DNA of 64,000 nucleotides from Octopus vulgaris (GCA_951406725.2 OX597826.1:22754001-22818000), one strand, 5' to 3'; positions 1 to 18,008 are shown, counted from the stretch's first letter. Notes: generated by a model from the sequence alone, not told the origin. Numbers and translations: made by a program.

Positions 1-299
1 TTTCATTTGAAAAGTATTCAGACCTGAAAATATTGATTTTTATTATTTTATTTACAGAAATTACTCATTATTTAATTATTATTCATAACTCAATTTATAC
101 ATACATATGATGCTACTTCTATTTCAACATTGCTATCAAAAATTATTAGCCTCCAGATATTACATGTATATGATCATAAAAAAGTAATTTGACTCATAAC
201 TTTATATTCTACAAAATAAATTTAACAATTGATCAAGATTTAAGAAAAGAAAAGTAAGATTTGGATATTGAGCGTGAGGTAGACCGTATTTGTAGAAGT

Positions 300-1480
300 C
301 CATCAGATTCCTATTTAAAAACTGACTCTTGACATCAAAGTCAATTTACAATTCATTCAATTCCATCTGAAGCTCAAATGGGGCATCAGTAGGATCCACG
401 ACAAAAGGCATTGAAAAAGTGTTCAACTGGTCTTCACAAGCACGGGAATCCTTAAATTTCCTGGAAAATTCTTCTTGGATCCCTTTTAGCTCGCTCACAA
501 AGAATTCCCGGTTTATGCTTGAAATGCGCGGCTGTTCCTGAAGGCAAGGAAAGTGAGCATAATTGCTCTCAGCAATTTGAGCAATCCACAAATCCAGTTT
601 CTTTTGGAAAGCTTTCACCTGCCGAAACAAATTATGGACGAGTTTTTCCTTTCCTTGTAACCGCACAATCAACTCATTCAGCTGAAAAATAAAATCATTC
701 ATCCATTTGTCATCATCAAAGTTTATGCACGAATTTCCTTTTCTTCAAGAAATGCTGCTACATGTTCTCGAATATCGTAAAAGCGTTTCAAAGTGCGGCC
801 ACGGCTGGGCCATCTGATCTCGGTAAAGTAAGGAATGCCAGCGAATTCGGCGTCTGTCGCATCGAGAAAATTTCGAAACTGTCGATAATTTAATGCACGA
901 CTCCGAATGAGGTTGACAGCTTTCATCCATAACCTGATCAAACTCAATGATTTTGGAGCAAAGTGATTCCTGATGTAGAATACAATGGTACCACAATATT
1001 TGGTTTTTACTCATGTTCAGGGATTCCAGTTTTCTTTGGATGAAACCACGCAAACCTTGTTCCTTGCCGGTGCACCATCGATAGCAATTCCCGCCAGGCG
1101 ATTGTAAATCAGTCCCGCCTTTTCGAGCGCAGTATCGATTTCTTTGAAAACAGCAGCGCCTCTGCAATTTCCTTAGAAATTAGAAATTCCTTAGAGCAAG
1201 TAACTCTTCAGTGATATTAAAACTTGAATCAACACCTCTCACGAAAATAGCCAGTCGCAGCATATCAGTAATGTCAGTAGATTCGTCGGTGGCAAAGCTG
1301 TAAGCTTCGAAGTTTTACAAAGTTCGTTCAACTGCATTTTCGTATTTTCGACCAGTTATTCAATCCTTCGAGTCAATCCTTCGACAAGCTAACACATTTT
1401 ATAGCTTTCTCTTCCTCTGGGCATAGAATTTCAATCGCCGAGGTGATACATTCTTTGACAAAATTTCCTTCAGATATTCC
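300..1480 (-). pseudogene. Degenerate hAT transposase (Buster/SPIN/GTF2IRD2-like)
   Basis: Frameshifted minus-strand translation gives SEGNFVKECI..., YSFATDESTDITDMLRLAIFVRGVDSSFNITEELLAL, WYHCILHQESLC (CxxH), VNLIRSRALNYRQFRNFL, YFTEIRWPSRGRTLKRFY, LNELIVRLQGK...FQKKLDLW; these are Buster-family hAT motifs. Confidence 0.88.
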
Positions 1481-2354
1481 TAAGAAATGACACCCTCAAC
1501 CATGATAGATTATTGTGGTGCGCGCGTCTTCGACCTGCTGAGGTGAGCGCTCTGGGACCTTTGATTGGACGACCGAATCAACTAATCGTACATGTGATAA
1601 GTCACTTTTTCAATGTCAGCAAACGGAAAGGCACTATTTTTAGACCTGACGCAACTCCATTCGACCAAAACTTCGAATCGGTGCTTCTGAAGATCAGGAT
1701 TGTCAGTCACTTGGCATTTTGGTACTCTCGGGAAAGGTCTCAAATGCCGCCCCTCCCATCTATTCGAACTCAGCTTAGAGTTGTTCTCAGCCGGGGGCAG
1801 GCGGAAACCCAAGTTCCGGCGAAATATTGTAACATGTAAAATTATTATGGCAATTTACTGGGAAAAAAAGGTAAAGAGCAGCCGGACGTCACGAATTTTT
1901 CAGATGGGGCCTATCATAGAAATAAAATTTCGGATTTTGTTTGTCCATGCGAGCGAGTGTGGGGAATCAATTTCTATGCTTGCAGGTTAACGCAGTGTGT
2001 ATATATGAATTGTTGCTAACGCCAGTGCCCATGGCCCTTGCTTGGGGGTGGTGAAGGAAGGTATGTCCCCCTAGCAGCTCCTCTCTTGGGGGCGGGGATG
2101 GAAAAACACATATGCCATACCGCCCCACTAGGAGAGGGGCGGCACTTTTGCAAGCGAGGGGCCTCCAGTGACATGGACAAACAAAACCTGAAATTTACTT
2201 CCATAGTGACAGCTATGCACACACCAGGTACACAGAATGCAGAGTTGCGAGCAACTTCGAGAACTGTTTATTGGCAACCAATAATTCTTTATTAATCGAA
2301 GAAAAATAACAGTAGTAAACTTCTGCGTTAATATTAAGGAATAAGCTAAGGACC

Positions 2355-2426
2355 GACTAATGGCCCGGATTCTAAGGCTTCGTGGGCTGGATCCGGCTCG
2401 TGGGACGGACGTTGGGCAGCACGGCT
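2355..2426 (-). mobile_element. Probable 5' terminal/subterminal region of the hAT element
   Basis: Reverse complement CCGTGCTGCCCAACGTCCGTCCCACGAGCCGGATCCAGCCC resembles Charlie/Buster-type termini and lies upstream of the transposase remnant. Confidence 0.5.
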
Positions 2427-2559
2427 TTAAACAGTCAAGGACTTAAGGTAGTATTTGTGACGTCATGAAATCTCCCTTTTGAGTTGTGCTGGGAGAGCAA
2501 TCATCGAGCATTAATTCGCTATAAAATCATTATGAAAGGTGACATGACCAATCCATTGC

Positions 2560-3350
2560 ATGCGGCACTTGATGAAGCGATCTTCTATACTGGGATAACT
2601 CGCCTTCTGTATCAAGTGTAAAAGATTTCCAACGCCTCAGGCACTTCTGGTGAAAATTCTCACGTATTTTGATATGTTCCTTATACAGGGTACATGTCTA
2701 AGATAAATAAAGCAAGGATGTGATGTTGCAAGCATAGTAAACGCAAACTTGGTGCACAGTTTCAAGTCACTCTCTGACCAAAATCGTTTTTTCAGCGTTT
2801 CAAAGATATCTGAATTGCTGATTCCAGAATCTAAAGATACGCCCCTAGAGACAGAATTGCTAAAGTCTGGTCTTTGAACAACTAAATTTAGTTCTACTTG
2901 TATCTCTCCCACAGAAAGTGTTCTAATCAAGCTTATTGTGAGCCCAAAGGTGATATTGGTACTGGAGTAAAAGGGTCACTATTTTCTGAATATCTTATTC
3001 TGAGTGATCCACGAGATCACAATCATCATGATACAACAAATTGTGGAGAATTATTAAAGGTTTTGATTTAATTTAGAAGTGATTCAGATTAAGCAGTTTA
3101 CCTGAATAAAGATGCTTTGAAGACAGTTTTTAGATGCGTGTGCAATCAATACTGCAAATTATATGGAGAACAAAGTTTGCGCAGGGTATATCCCCTTATT
3201 TAACAGCATTATTCACTGGAACTGTCAGCACCATTTGAATTGATGTGGGCTCTCATATCAATGTGTTGCTGGACAAACAAATCAACACACTTAGGTGAGC
3301 ATCCCAACTTACACAGAACCTTCAACTGTGCATTTATATTCACCATATCA
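2560..3350 (-). pseudogene. Highly degenerate RTE (BovB-like) LINE reverse transcriptase fragment
   Basis: Minus-strand pieces KLGCSPKCVDLFVQQHIDMRAHINSNG, VNNAVK*G, LLYHDDCDLVDHSE*DIQ (cf. LLFADDCAL.AHSE), FGLTISL, FHQKCLR. Confidence 0.7.
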
Positions 3351-4059
3351 AATGGGTTTTTTTGAAGGGGGTTTGTTGTTGTTTGCTTGTTTGTTAGTGC
3401 GAGGAAAACTTGTTGAAGAGGAAATCTCTTCTCTAGACACCTGGGAGTGCTGGATCTCGAAGTTTCAGAATCTCCATGTTATTTGTTGTAAACTTTTTCT
3501 AACAATCACCTTCAACTTTACTTGTACAAAATAGTGATCCCTCCGTAGCCCCACGTAAAACTTCAACGCTGCCAGAGATCGTGAATATCATAAGTATAAA
3601 TTATAACGACCGAAGATGTGTCTCGATAACTTAATGCTTGAGTATCTAATGGATATTGTCTATCAAAAGACCCAGCTCAGTACATAGACCCAGCAGGTGT
3701 AGACCTCTATTTTTCATTTTACTTATGCCGAAGAGTGCCAACCTGAATCACGTAATGTTGTTACCTATCCTGGCATTAAAATCCTCGAATGATTTTGTTA
3801 CCTGTTGGTGTGGAAAGAATATTTTAAAGATTCTTGCAGGCAAAAGAATTACTTCCGTTAAGTGGTGAAGAATTGTGCATACCCAGAAAAGAATGTCATA
3901 TGCCCCCACCCCTCCAAGAAATAGTAGCCACGTAAGCAGTTATGAAAAGAGGAATAATATCGATCTTGTCACTATCAAATTCTGGCATCATTCAGCATGG
4001 GTTGCACGTTCCAGCAGCACACCCATAGATGTGTTCATTGCTTGATTATATTTTTACAA

Positions 4060-4060
4060 G

Positions 4061-4101
<41 letters not shown>

Positions 4102-4218
4102 ATGTGTGTGTATAATCTTAAAATAAGCAACAGGATATCAAGAAGCGATGCAGTACGAACGTTTCAAGCGACTCCATTTAATATATACACACACACAGAC
4201 ACAGACACACAGACACAC

Positions 4219-4309
<91 letters not shown>

Positions 4310-4502
4310 GGGAGATTTTATGAAAAAAAACAAAAGACGAAGACATGTGGTGTACAAAACAAACAGGTGTATTAGTATAACGCTCAGGAATAGAAAAAGT
4401 CTTTTACGTTTCAAGCCTACGCTCTTCTACAGAAAGGGACACAGAAAAAAACAAGGAGAGAAAAAAATGAGTGTAGTGGCTAACGATCTTTCATGGTGTA
4501 TA

Positions 4503-4553
<51 letters not shown>

Positions 4554-4554
4554 G

Positions 4555-4599
<45 letters not shown>

Positions 4600-4600
4600 G

Positions 4601-4639
<39 letters not shown>

Positions 4640-4680
4640 ATATATATATATATACACACACACAAGTGTGTGTTTGTGTG
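4060..4680. repeat. (TA)n/(TG)n/(CA)n/(TATG)n microsatellites interspersed with short repeat ends
   Basis: Direct inspection. Confidence 0.95.
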
Positions 4681-4894
4681 TGTATTCTAGTAGGAAAAGG
4701 TTGGCAGTGACCTTTCGCAACTTTCATTGGACAAAGGCTACTACCGGAAACTTCGAAGTCACTGTCAACTTTTTCTTTGTTAAAGAAATACTTATATTAC
4801 TCTTCTGAAAGGTTTTGAGTGATCCTTTAATTAAATGTTTGACTGTTTTAATTACAAAACTTTTAGTAAAAAACATTTATACATAAAGATATGT

Positions 4895-6203
4895 GTAGGA
4901 GTACCCAAAAGAAACCGGAATTTTGCAATATTATTTTATTCACTTAGTTTTTACATGTTTGCACTTTTATCGCCTTCAAAGTATTCTCCATTTAAATCAA
5001 TGCATCAGTCCAGACGCGTTTTCCACTGTTCGAAGCAGTCCTGGAACCCTTGCGAAGTGATACCTTTTAATGCCTCCTTCGCTTTTTCCTTCACTTTTTC
5101 CACATCTGCAAAATGTTTTCCTTTAAGGACTTTTTTCATTCGGGGAACCAAAAAAGTCACTGGGCGTAGGACAGGGCGAACAGGGGGTCATGCCATTTTT
5201 GCTCAAAAACTGTCTTTCACTCAAGACGTTGTGCATAGGCGCATTGTCGGGATGAAACCACCACTCTCCACTTTTCCACATGTCAAGGTGTTTTCGTCTT
5301 ACCGTGTCTCGCAAATGCTGCACACTGTCAAGTAAAATGTCTGATTAACAATTTGACCAGAAGGAACAAATTTTGTATGGACAATTCCTCTCGCATCGAT
5401 GAAGGAAATCAGCATCGTCTTGACATTGGACTTCATTTGATGCGCTTTGGGGAGGGGCGTTGTGGCATCGAATGCTTCCATTGATTTGATTGCTGCTTTG
5501 TTTCCAGGTCGTAACCATAGCACCAACTTCCATCACCAGTGATGACCTTCGAAAAAAAGGTCCGGATCAATTTCCATATATTCTTTCAGTTCGCAACATG
5601 CTTTCAGTCTTGACTGCTTTTGATCTTCCATGAGCAAGCGTGACACAAATTTTGCTACAACACTTTTTATTCGCAGTTCCTCGCTCAAAATTCGTTGGCA
5701 GGAGCTCCAGGACACATAATTGTCATATTAACAAGTTCGTCAGTTGTTCGGCGTCGCTCCTCCAAGATCAGTTCATGAATTTTCGTGAAGTTTTCATTCG
5801 TTCGTGAGGTCGACGGTTACCCTGAACGAGGCTGTTCTTCAAGCGACAAGTGACCATTCCTAAATCGTGAAAACCATTCGTAATCTTGTGTTTTGCTCTG
5901 GCAGCGGCTTTGTAAGCTGTTAGAAGCATGACAACTGTTTCGGCCACTAATTTTCCCGGAAGAAAACAAAATTTTACGAAAGTACGCTGTTCCTTCGTTT
6001 CTGCCAACGCAAAAATCGACGAACAAGGAAGAAACAATGCAAAACAAAGATGGACCACGTGGTAGTACGACCTCACACGACGACACTGGTCGGCAGACTG
6101 ATGCCTGAGGGCCGAATCAAATGGCTTCTAGCGGCGGAAACCTGAACTACAACGGGCTTGTCCCACAGAGAACGTTTCCAGTTACTTTCGGGTACCCCTC
6201 GTA
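4895..6203 (-). mobile_element. Full-span degenerate mariner (Tc1/mariner) element with TIRs
   Basis: TIRs GGAGTACCCAAAAGAAACCGGAA (~4898-4920) and TTCCAGTTACTTTCGGGTACCCCTCGTA (6176-6203); transposase fragments EQRTFVKFCFLPGK, YEWFSRFRNG...PRSG, AKFVSRLL, ITGDGSWCYGYD, VKTMLISF...GIVHTKFVP, FHPDNAPMH; many frameshifts. Confidence 0.92.
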
Positions 6204-6394
6204 TATATCTGTATATATAAATATTATATAGTTTATTAAAAAAAAAACGGAGAAAAAAAAACAAAAGCATCAACGTGATGACGTAGTACAAGCAAAGTAT
6301 TAATGAAAGGCTCCGAGAAAGAAAGTGTGGTTGTTTTACGTTTCAAGCAAAGCTCTTCTTCGTAGTTATATATATATATATATATATATTATTC

Positions 6395-6492
6395 TATTAC
6401 TTGTTTCAGTCATTTGACTGTGGCCATGTTGGAGCACCATCTTTAGTCGATCAAATCGACACCAGGACTTATTTTTTGTAAGCCTAGAACTA
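6395..6492 (-). mobile_element. SINE (type 1) 3' tail fragment
   Basis: TACTTGTTTCAGTCATTTGACTGTGGCCATGTTGGAGCACC matches the full copy at 51594-52012. Confidence 0.85.
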
Positions 6493-6738
6493 CAGCGTTA
6501 TCTGTTCGCGATAAGCTGTCAAGGCACGGAAGTGCCGTCTCGCCGACATGTCTGAGGTGCGGGCAGGACAGGGAAACCGTCTTGCACGCATTTGTGGAGT
6601 GTCCGGAATTATCGGGACTGATAGCTTTCGCAGAACAACTGCTGACATCGATGGGAAGAGTACAGCTATCGGCCGAGTCTATCATCGACATTGTGCCGCC
6701 TCCTTCCTTCAACAGGGAGGGGAAGGCTTGCTTTTTGT
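6493..6738 (+). pseudogene. Tx1/L1-clade LINE ORF2 C-terminal fragment (zf-RVT CCHC)
   Basis: Translation ALSVRDKLSRHGSAVSPTCLRCGQDRETVLHAFVECPE has the CxxC-x5-ETxxH-x4-C zf-RVT pattern. Confidence 0.75.
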
Positions 6739-6805
6739 TCGACTCAAGACGGTACTCCAGCATGGCCGCAGTCAAATGACTGAAACAAGTAAAAGAATAA
6801 AAGAA
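6739..6805 (+). mobile_element. SINE (type 1) 3' tail fragment
   Basis: GGTACTCCAGCATGGCCGCAGTCAAATGACTGAAACAAGTAAAAGAATAAAAGAAT. Confidence 0.85.
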
Positions 6806-6920
6806 TGTATATATATATATATATATATATATACATACATACATGTATATATATTTGTATATATGTCTATACATGTATATGTCTATACACACGCGCGCGC
6901 GCACACGCACACACACACAC

Positions 6921-6965
<45 letters not shown>

Positions 6966-8009
6966 CATATTTTGTTTTTGTATTTATAGAAATAAATAAA
7001 TGAGCAAATGATTGGAAATCGATCGGTGAGTGTGTTAAATAATAAGGCACTAAAAGAGAATGACTCTTATCAAACACAATAATATAGATATATATATATA
7101 TATATAGTGTGTGTGTGTGTGTGTATGTACGTATGCATGTCTGTGTGTATATATGTATGTGTGTACATTAACGTAATACATCGACATTACTTCCATTATC
7201 AAATTTCTGTTTTTCTATTTACCCCCCCCTCTTTTATCTATTCTTCTTTTCTTCTTTTTCACCCGCTTTTTTTTCCTGCGCTTTTCATTTTTCAGAAACG
7301 TCACACTCACCGCCTCTGCCTCCACCACCAGTATCACCGTGAACACCACCACCACCGCCATCATCATTTCTATTACATTGTAGAAAATATGATAGTTTGA
7401 TTAACACCAAATGATGATTCACCAAATTTAACAAAGCTCACAACTTGCAATATATACTTTTATTTTTTTCTCGCTACCTTTTGTCAGATTTTAAACTCCA
7501 GTCAAACTGGCCGTTCAATATGCTAGTAATAGCCACGAAATAACCCTCAGATAATTCCCCACTGTTAAAGAACCCTTTACAAGCGGAATGGCCACAGCTG
7601 GAATGGTGATAGGTCTTACTTGTTAAGGGCTGACTTGGGGTTAAGCAACAACATCTTCTTTCTGTGCACTAATAAAATCATGCCTGGTCTTGGTGCCACT
7701 TGGATTCTCTTTGTCAATTACTTCCTTATCATGAAAATTGGAAATGTTGGGGATTGGGGAAGAAGATATGGAATATTATGATGGCCACACTTCCCGCTCA
7801 ATATATATTTATTTATCTCTCCTTTTCTCTCTCTCTCCCTCACCCCTCTCTCTCTCTATTAAATGCTACTCTTTAAAATGCTTAATTAACTCGAGTTTAC
7901 ATTCGGAAGATAAGTCATTCGCTAAATCGATTTAGCAACCCGGTTTCGATTCCTACGTGGAGCTGGCCAGTTCATTTTAGTTTACATTATGTCAGTGATA
8001 CTTTCCGAA

Positions 8010-8054
8010 AGAGAGGGAGGGAGTTGGAGAGGAAGAGAAAGAGAGAGAGGGAGA

Positions 8055-8114
<60 letters not shown>
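8010..8114. repeat. (GA)n microsatellite
   Basis: Direct inspection. Confidence 0.95.
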
Positions 8115-8117
<3 letters not shown>

Positions 8118-8491
8118 AAGCAGTGAGCATCACAATGTGTTATTATCCACCCGTCTAAACATTTCAAGCTTTAATACGCGTGTATAGGAAACAATTTCTT
8201 CTTTGATTATTAGAAATTGTAATTTTCTCTCTCCCCTTACAAGACGTGCCGTGCCGCATCTCTTGCCTGCCAGTTTCATTCTATCCCCCACACATTCATC
8301 CGTCTTCTTACTCTTGGCTGCTATCACAGAACTGTGCTGCTGCCTTCTTCATACTTCGTTCGCACGCATCCTTCACACTGTAACATTGAACGAAAAACAA
8401 AGCAACCAACCATGTTTACTTTTTGTATTGGATTTTACCCCTTTAACGATATGGACTTCATTGAAAGATAATATAAAAAATACCAAGAATA

Positions 8492-8594
8492 ATGGCTTTA
8501 GTGTTCGGCGATACAGCTACTGTCGTCCTACTGGTGGCCATCCATGTATATTTGGTACATAGCAGATTTCTCTCCGATTCTGCTTTCCTGAACG
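8492..8594 (+). CDS. Candidate first coding exon of a small secreted peptide gene (gene A)
   Basis: ATG at 8492; MALVFGDTATVVLLVAIHVYLVHSRFLSDSAFLN is signal-peptide-like; phase-1 donor G|GTATGT; unique, repeat-free context. Confidence 0.45.
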
Positions 8595-8879
8595 GTATGT
8601 AAACACGAGACCCGCTTTATTATTTCTGTTCATAAAAAATACCTTTGTTGAATTACCTTCTTTCTTGTCTTTAGCTTATATGAATTATATTCAATAAGTA
8701 TAATTTATTACTTTTATTATTGTATTGTTTTATAATGAACACAGCAGTTTCATTGTCCCCCTCCTCCTCCCTATATTGTGACGTTGTGCCTACATAAGAA
8801 ATCAATGTTGTGAACATTCATTTGTCTATTTATATATTTTTTCTTTTCTCTCTCCCCGTGCTGAATATCTAACAATCAG

Positions 8880-8951
8880 CCGTATGCTCAAAGATAGAAA
8901 ACCTTTGCTACTATTTCAAAGCTGGTCAATGAATGACACATCACCGCTAAG
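8880..8951 (+). CDS. Candidate second exon of gene A
   Basis: Polypyrimidine tract ~8837-8857, CAG acceptor at 8879, donor AAG|GTAATA after 8951; the phase-1 join gives AVCSKIENLCYYFKAGQ*; a further strong acceptor TTTCTGTTCTTTATCCTCCAG ends at 9901. Confidence 0.35.
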
Positions 8952-8996
8952 GTAATAATTGCCCGTGTAAAAATTACAGAGCCATCGAGAAATATA

Positions 8997-9000
<4 letters not shown>

Positions 9001-9079
<79 letters not shown>

Positions 9080-9194
9080 ATATGTGTGTGTGTATAAATG
9101 TATTATATATGTGTGTGTGTGTTTGTATATAAATGTATCATATACGTGTGTGTAATATATATATATATATGAATATATGTATGTACAAATGTAT

Positions 9195-9225
<31 letters not shown>

Positions 9226-9381
9226 TTGTATATAATTGCATCATATACGTGTGTGTAATATATATATATATTCATATATATATATATATGAATATGTATG
9301 TATAAATGTATTATATATATATATATATATATATGGGTGTGTGTGTGTGTTTGTATATATTTGTATCATATACGTGTGTGT

Positions 9382-9427
<46 letters not shown>
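9001..9427. repeat. (CT)n followed by three ~100-120 bp higher-order copies of a TA/TG compound unit
   Basis: The unit ...AAATGTATTATATA...GTTTGTATATA...TCATATACGTGTGTGTAA recurs three times. Confidence 0.85.
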
Positions 9428-9428
<1 letters not shown>

Positions 9429-12300
9429 TTCTGCTGAGATAAACCAAAATTTCTCTTTCGTAATTCTAACGTCCCCCCAATTACGTCTGCGTACATTAAA
9501 ATATATTTTGTAAAACAACAAAAGAATCGGCATCATTTCGGTTCACATAAACAATTACAACAGTGAAGTACATATTTTCACGAGTTACAATTATTGCACA
9601 CGAGAATAAAATGTATTTTTCTGATCATTTTCTGTGTGTGTGTGTGTTCCCTAAAATGTGATTGCTACTATAGCAATGTAAGCGGAATTTTGAATAGTAT
9701 AGTAATTTTGTGCCTTGTAGTTTTGAGATAAATTATACCAATATTCAATCGAATCAAGTTTCTCATCGAAGTGTCACTCGCCTCTGCCATCAGATAGTGG
9801 CAGTCAAAAGGAAGAGCCTTCACCCAGCGCACTTTCTTCTCTCCAACAGCTTTATTATTTCAATTTTACCAAATATTTTATTTCTGTTCTTTATCCTCCA
9901 GTGAAAAGCATGGAACAAAAACGTGATATGTTGCCTTAATGAATGAATCTGCAGACTTTTGCTTCCAGTAGTCTCTCTTATTTAAAGCGAAAGCCTATCT
10001 TATCCAATTTAGCGTGAAATATAGGATTCTAAAGGTGTAATATTCATTTCGATTTTTGTTTTTGTTTTACTTTATCTTTACTGTTTGCATGTGTATTTGG
10101 TTGGCAATTCTCTTGCTACATGCCAGATATCATTATTTCTTAGAACATTAAATATTTCTTCGAAAGAATCAAACTTCTAATTAGATAAATTCTATATTCT
10201 TTTTTTCCCCATGAAACCATGGATGTGCTGATAAAATGACGTTATTTAATTTGTTTTCGCGACGCTCCCCTTCCATGGCTACAGGCAACAATGACTATGA
10301 TTCGACTGGCTACTTCTATTTCAACTCTGATTCTATTACTTTTCAAATATTAACCAAGTAAAGTATAACTTGTCTATTCAAATGAAAAAAGTATTACAAA
10401 GGAATAAGAGCGAGCAGTTGCGGAAATGTTTTATCTAAATTCCTCATCTTTATGCTTGAAGTTGAGAGAGAAATTTACCAACATTATTCTACCAGTTCTT
10501 CACTCCCTTCATTAGTATGTGTTCTTTGACCACATGCTTACAACGCGCTTGCCTCTACTGTATGTGGCAAGCAGTTGATAGAAAATTCAAGCATTTAAAC
10601 CGCTAGAAATTCAGAAAATCCAACCTCATCTTCTTCAGTTGTGATTCTTCTCTAAGATTCTTGTGCTTTTTAAAACAGAGTTTAATTTGTTAATAAAACT
10701 AGACAAAGATACGTTTTCAGATAACAGTTCGTAAAATTCGAAATTATTATTAATTTAATTATTAGTAAAGTTTTACTACTACTACTACTACTACTACTAC
10801 AGATATAATTCTTATTCTTTCTTTTAAAGAAACACCACAGTAGTTTATAAATGGAGAACCTACAAAATAAGCAATTCACCTGTTTTAGCCTAGCATAGAC
10901 CGTTCACCAGATTTTGGAATCATAACAACCAAATTCAATAAACAATGTAGGAATAACATGTTTGAAATAATTTTACGGAAAAAAATAATATCTTCATTTA
11001 AATCTGAATCCTGTCAGCAATAAATACGCCATGGAAAATGCTTGAAATTTTTATGTGTGTGTGTGTGTGTGTGCGCTATGTATATGTATACACGCACACA
11101 CACGCACACACACACGCACATTGTCTATATATATGTAGGTATGTATGAGAAGGAATATATATATATATACACACACACACACATCAGTTGCATGTTCTAT
11201 TGTGTTTATATTCGTTTTCATTCCAGTATCTATAAATAGTATCAAATAACTTATAGAATTTGGAGCATAGAATATGTATAGAACTGAAAGTATCTGAATA
11301 TTGATTTTGTGTCAGCTTTAATTATTATTAAAACAATTTTGAATAATTTTTAGAGGTGACAACTAGATTTTGAATCTGTGAAGAAAGTGTGGTCGTTGTC
11401 TTGGACTAAACCAACGGATTTAAAATTTTACAGCAAACAAGAAAAACAAACCCACTTTATCCCAGGATATTAACCTAAGATGGCTGACGAATTCAATGTT
11501 AATTTTCTTGCACCCCACTTAAAAAAAAAAAAATTAGCGTATAAAAGACTAATAAACCGTTGCTCGAATTATTTGTTAGCGCCTCTACCAGAGCCTATTC
11601 AATATGATAATTGATCAAGGTAAATCGATTTCTTTCGTAGCCACAAGCTGTCCGATTTTTAGAAAAATAGAGAAGTTGGAATGTTGTGATATTTATGCCT
11701 TTTTCATAGGCATCTGTGACATAAGGCAAATAGTTAACTCCTAGTTAAATTACTGGTATTTCTCGTTGTTTGGCACCGACAACGCTAACACAAAATGCTG
11801 ATAGTAATGTATCAAAGTAAACAGAATTAGTTTATATTCACAATCCAAAATAGAACAAAGCGATTTAAATTAACAAAGTAATATGAAAAGTTGGAAACAA
11901 AATTATAAATTCCGTTCTCCAATTAAACTAAATTCTGAATTCAAATTGAGTAATATTTTTTATCTATAGTCAAAATAAAAACTTCACCAGAATTGGATGT
12001 AGAACTGCATTTGAGTAAAATATTCGAACTAAAAATCTTGTGATATATTTTGATTGTGGTAATTGTATGCAACTAAAACTATACGGCCAGATAAGTTGTT
12101 TCGCCATAAGTGAGCTTTGAATGAACAAACTCATGATGAAAAGAATTCCGGTTTTGACCATCCAGTCTGCAATTGTCAAATAGGCCCTTTCCCTCTTACT
12201 ACATGTTCTCCCAAATAGTAGTTAAATGAATGAAGCATTCGTCAAATATTCAGTTTCTACATCTTACAACCGAGAACTGGTCTCTTTCATTTCCTTCTCT

Positions 12301-12840
<540 letters not shown>

Positions 12841-13048
12841 GAGCTGGCAGAATCGTTAGCACGCCGGGCGAAATGCTTTGCGGTATTTCGTCCGCCGCTG
12901 CGTTCTGAGTTCAAATTCCGGCGAGGTCGACTTTGCCTTTCATCCTTTCGGGGTCGATAAATTAAGTACCAGTTACGCACTGGGGTCGTTGTAATCGACT
13001 TAATTCGTTTGTCCCCTCTATGTTTAGCCCCTTGTGGGTAATAAGAAA
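12841..13048 (+). mobile_element. SINE (type 2, tRNA head plus Meta-domain-like core)
   Basis: A-box-like TGGCAGAATCGTT, B-box GAGTTCAAATTCC, core GAGGTCGACTTTGCCTTTCATCCTTTCGGGGTCGATAAATTAAGTACCAG; multiple copies at 58-64 kb. Confidence 0.85.
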
Positions 13049-13059
13049 ACAAATATACA

Positions 13060-17010
<3,951 letters not shown>

Positions 17011-17461
17011 TTTATTATATAGAAGGAGCTTCTCACAGGACTAGTACTGTTTCATTCAAGAGAAATCTTCAGAAGCTATTTAACAAGAATTGTATTAGCA
17101 TTTATACATTTAGGCAGGTTTAAAGGAGTGGTGGTGGGGGACTTTTTGGGGGTAGGCATAGCGCAAAATATCATACTTGGGGGAGTGGTCAAGGAGTCAG
17201 TGGTAAGTTAGATGAAAGAATAGATAAATAAAAAAATAAAAAAATAAAAAAAAAAAAAATAAAAAATAAAAAAATAAAAAAAAAAAAAAAATAAAAATAT
17301 AAAAAATATATATAAAAATATATATATAAAATATATATATAAAAATATATATATAAAAAGGGGGGATAGAGTTATAGGTAAATAAGGAGATTCTCACTTA
17401 TACCTATACACACATGTGTATACGTATCTACACACACATACATACATACACATATATATAT

Positions 17462-17502
<41 letters not shown>

Positions 17503-17960
17503 CCTACACATACACACATACATACATACAAATATACATATACACATATATATATATACAATCCAATACAGGCCCATTCCCTAATTTTAATTTTATTATC
17601 TTCATTTATTACTTTTGTTATCTTTGATCGCTAGGCTAAGAATCCTGGCAATGGCTGCATGTCCATTTGTCTGTCTACTAGAAGGCAAGTACTCATTCCC
17701 GCACGCACACTCATTAGCACGTACATTCACCCATTCGTACACTCATACACATACACGTACGCACGCGTTATATTCATACATACAATCATCTACATACGTT
17801 CACGTATATACACATACGTACTCGTACCTACAGATTCGTGTCTACACTTTAGGAGGCTAGTCTATACATATACACCAATAAATATACATATATATATATA
17901 TACCCGCATGTACATACACACACACACATATATACTCCTACATACAGATACATACCTATA

Positions 17961-18008
<48 letters not shown>

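Noticed and set aside
1513-2295. Short ORFs between the hAT transposase and its putative terminus
   Set aside because: No recognisable motifs; overlapping ORFs on both strands suggest chance.
4398-4436. Hammerhead-like motif on the minus strand (GAAGAGC..GCTTGAAACGTA; similar at 6333-6363)
   Set aside because: The CUGA part of the core is missing; probably a Penelope-like end but too degenerate to call.
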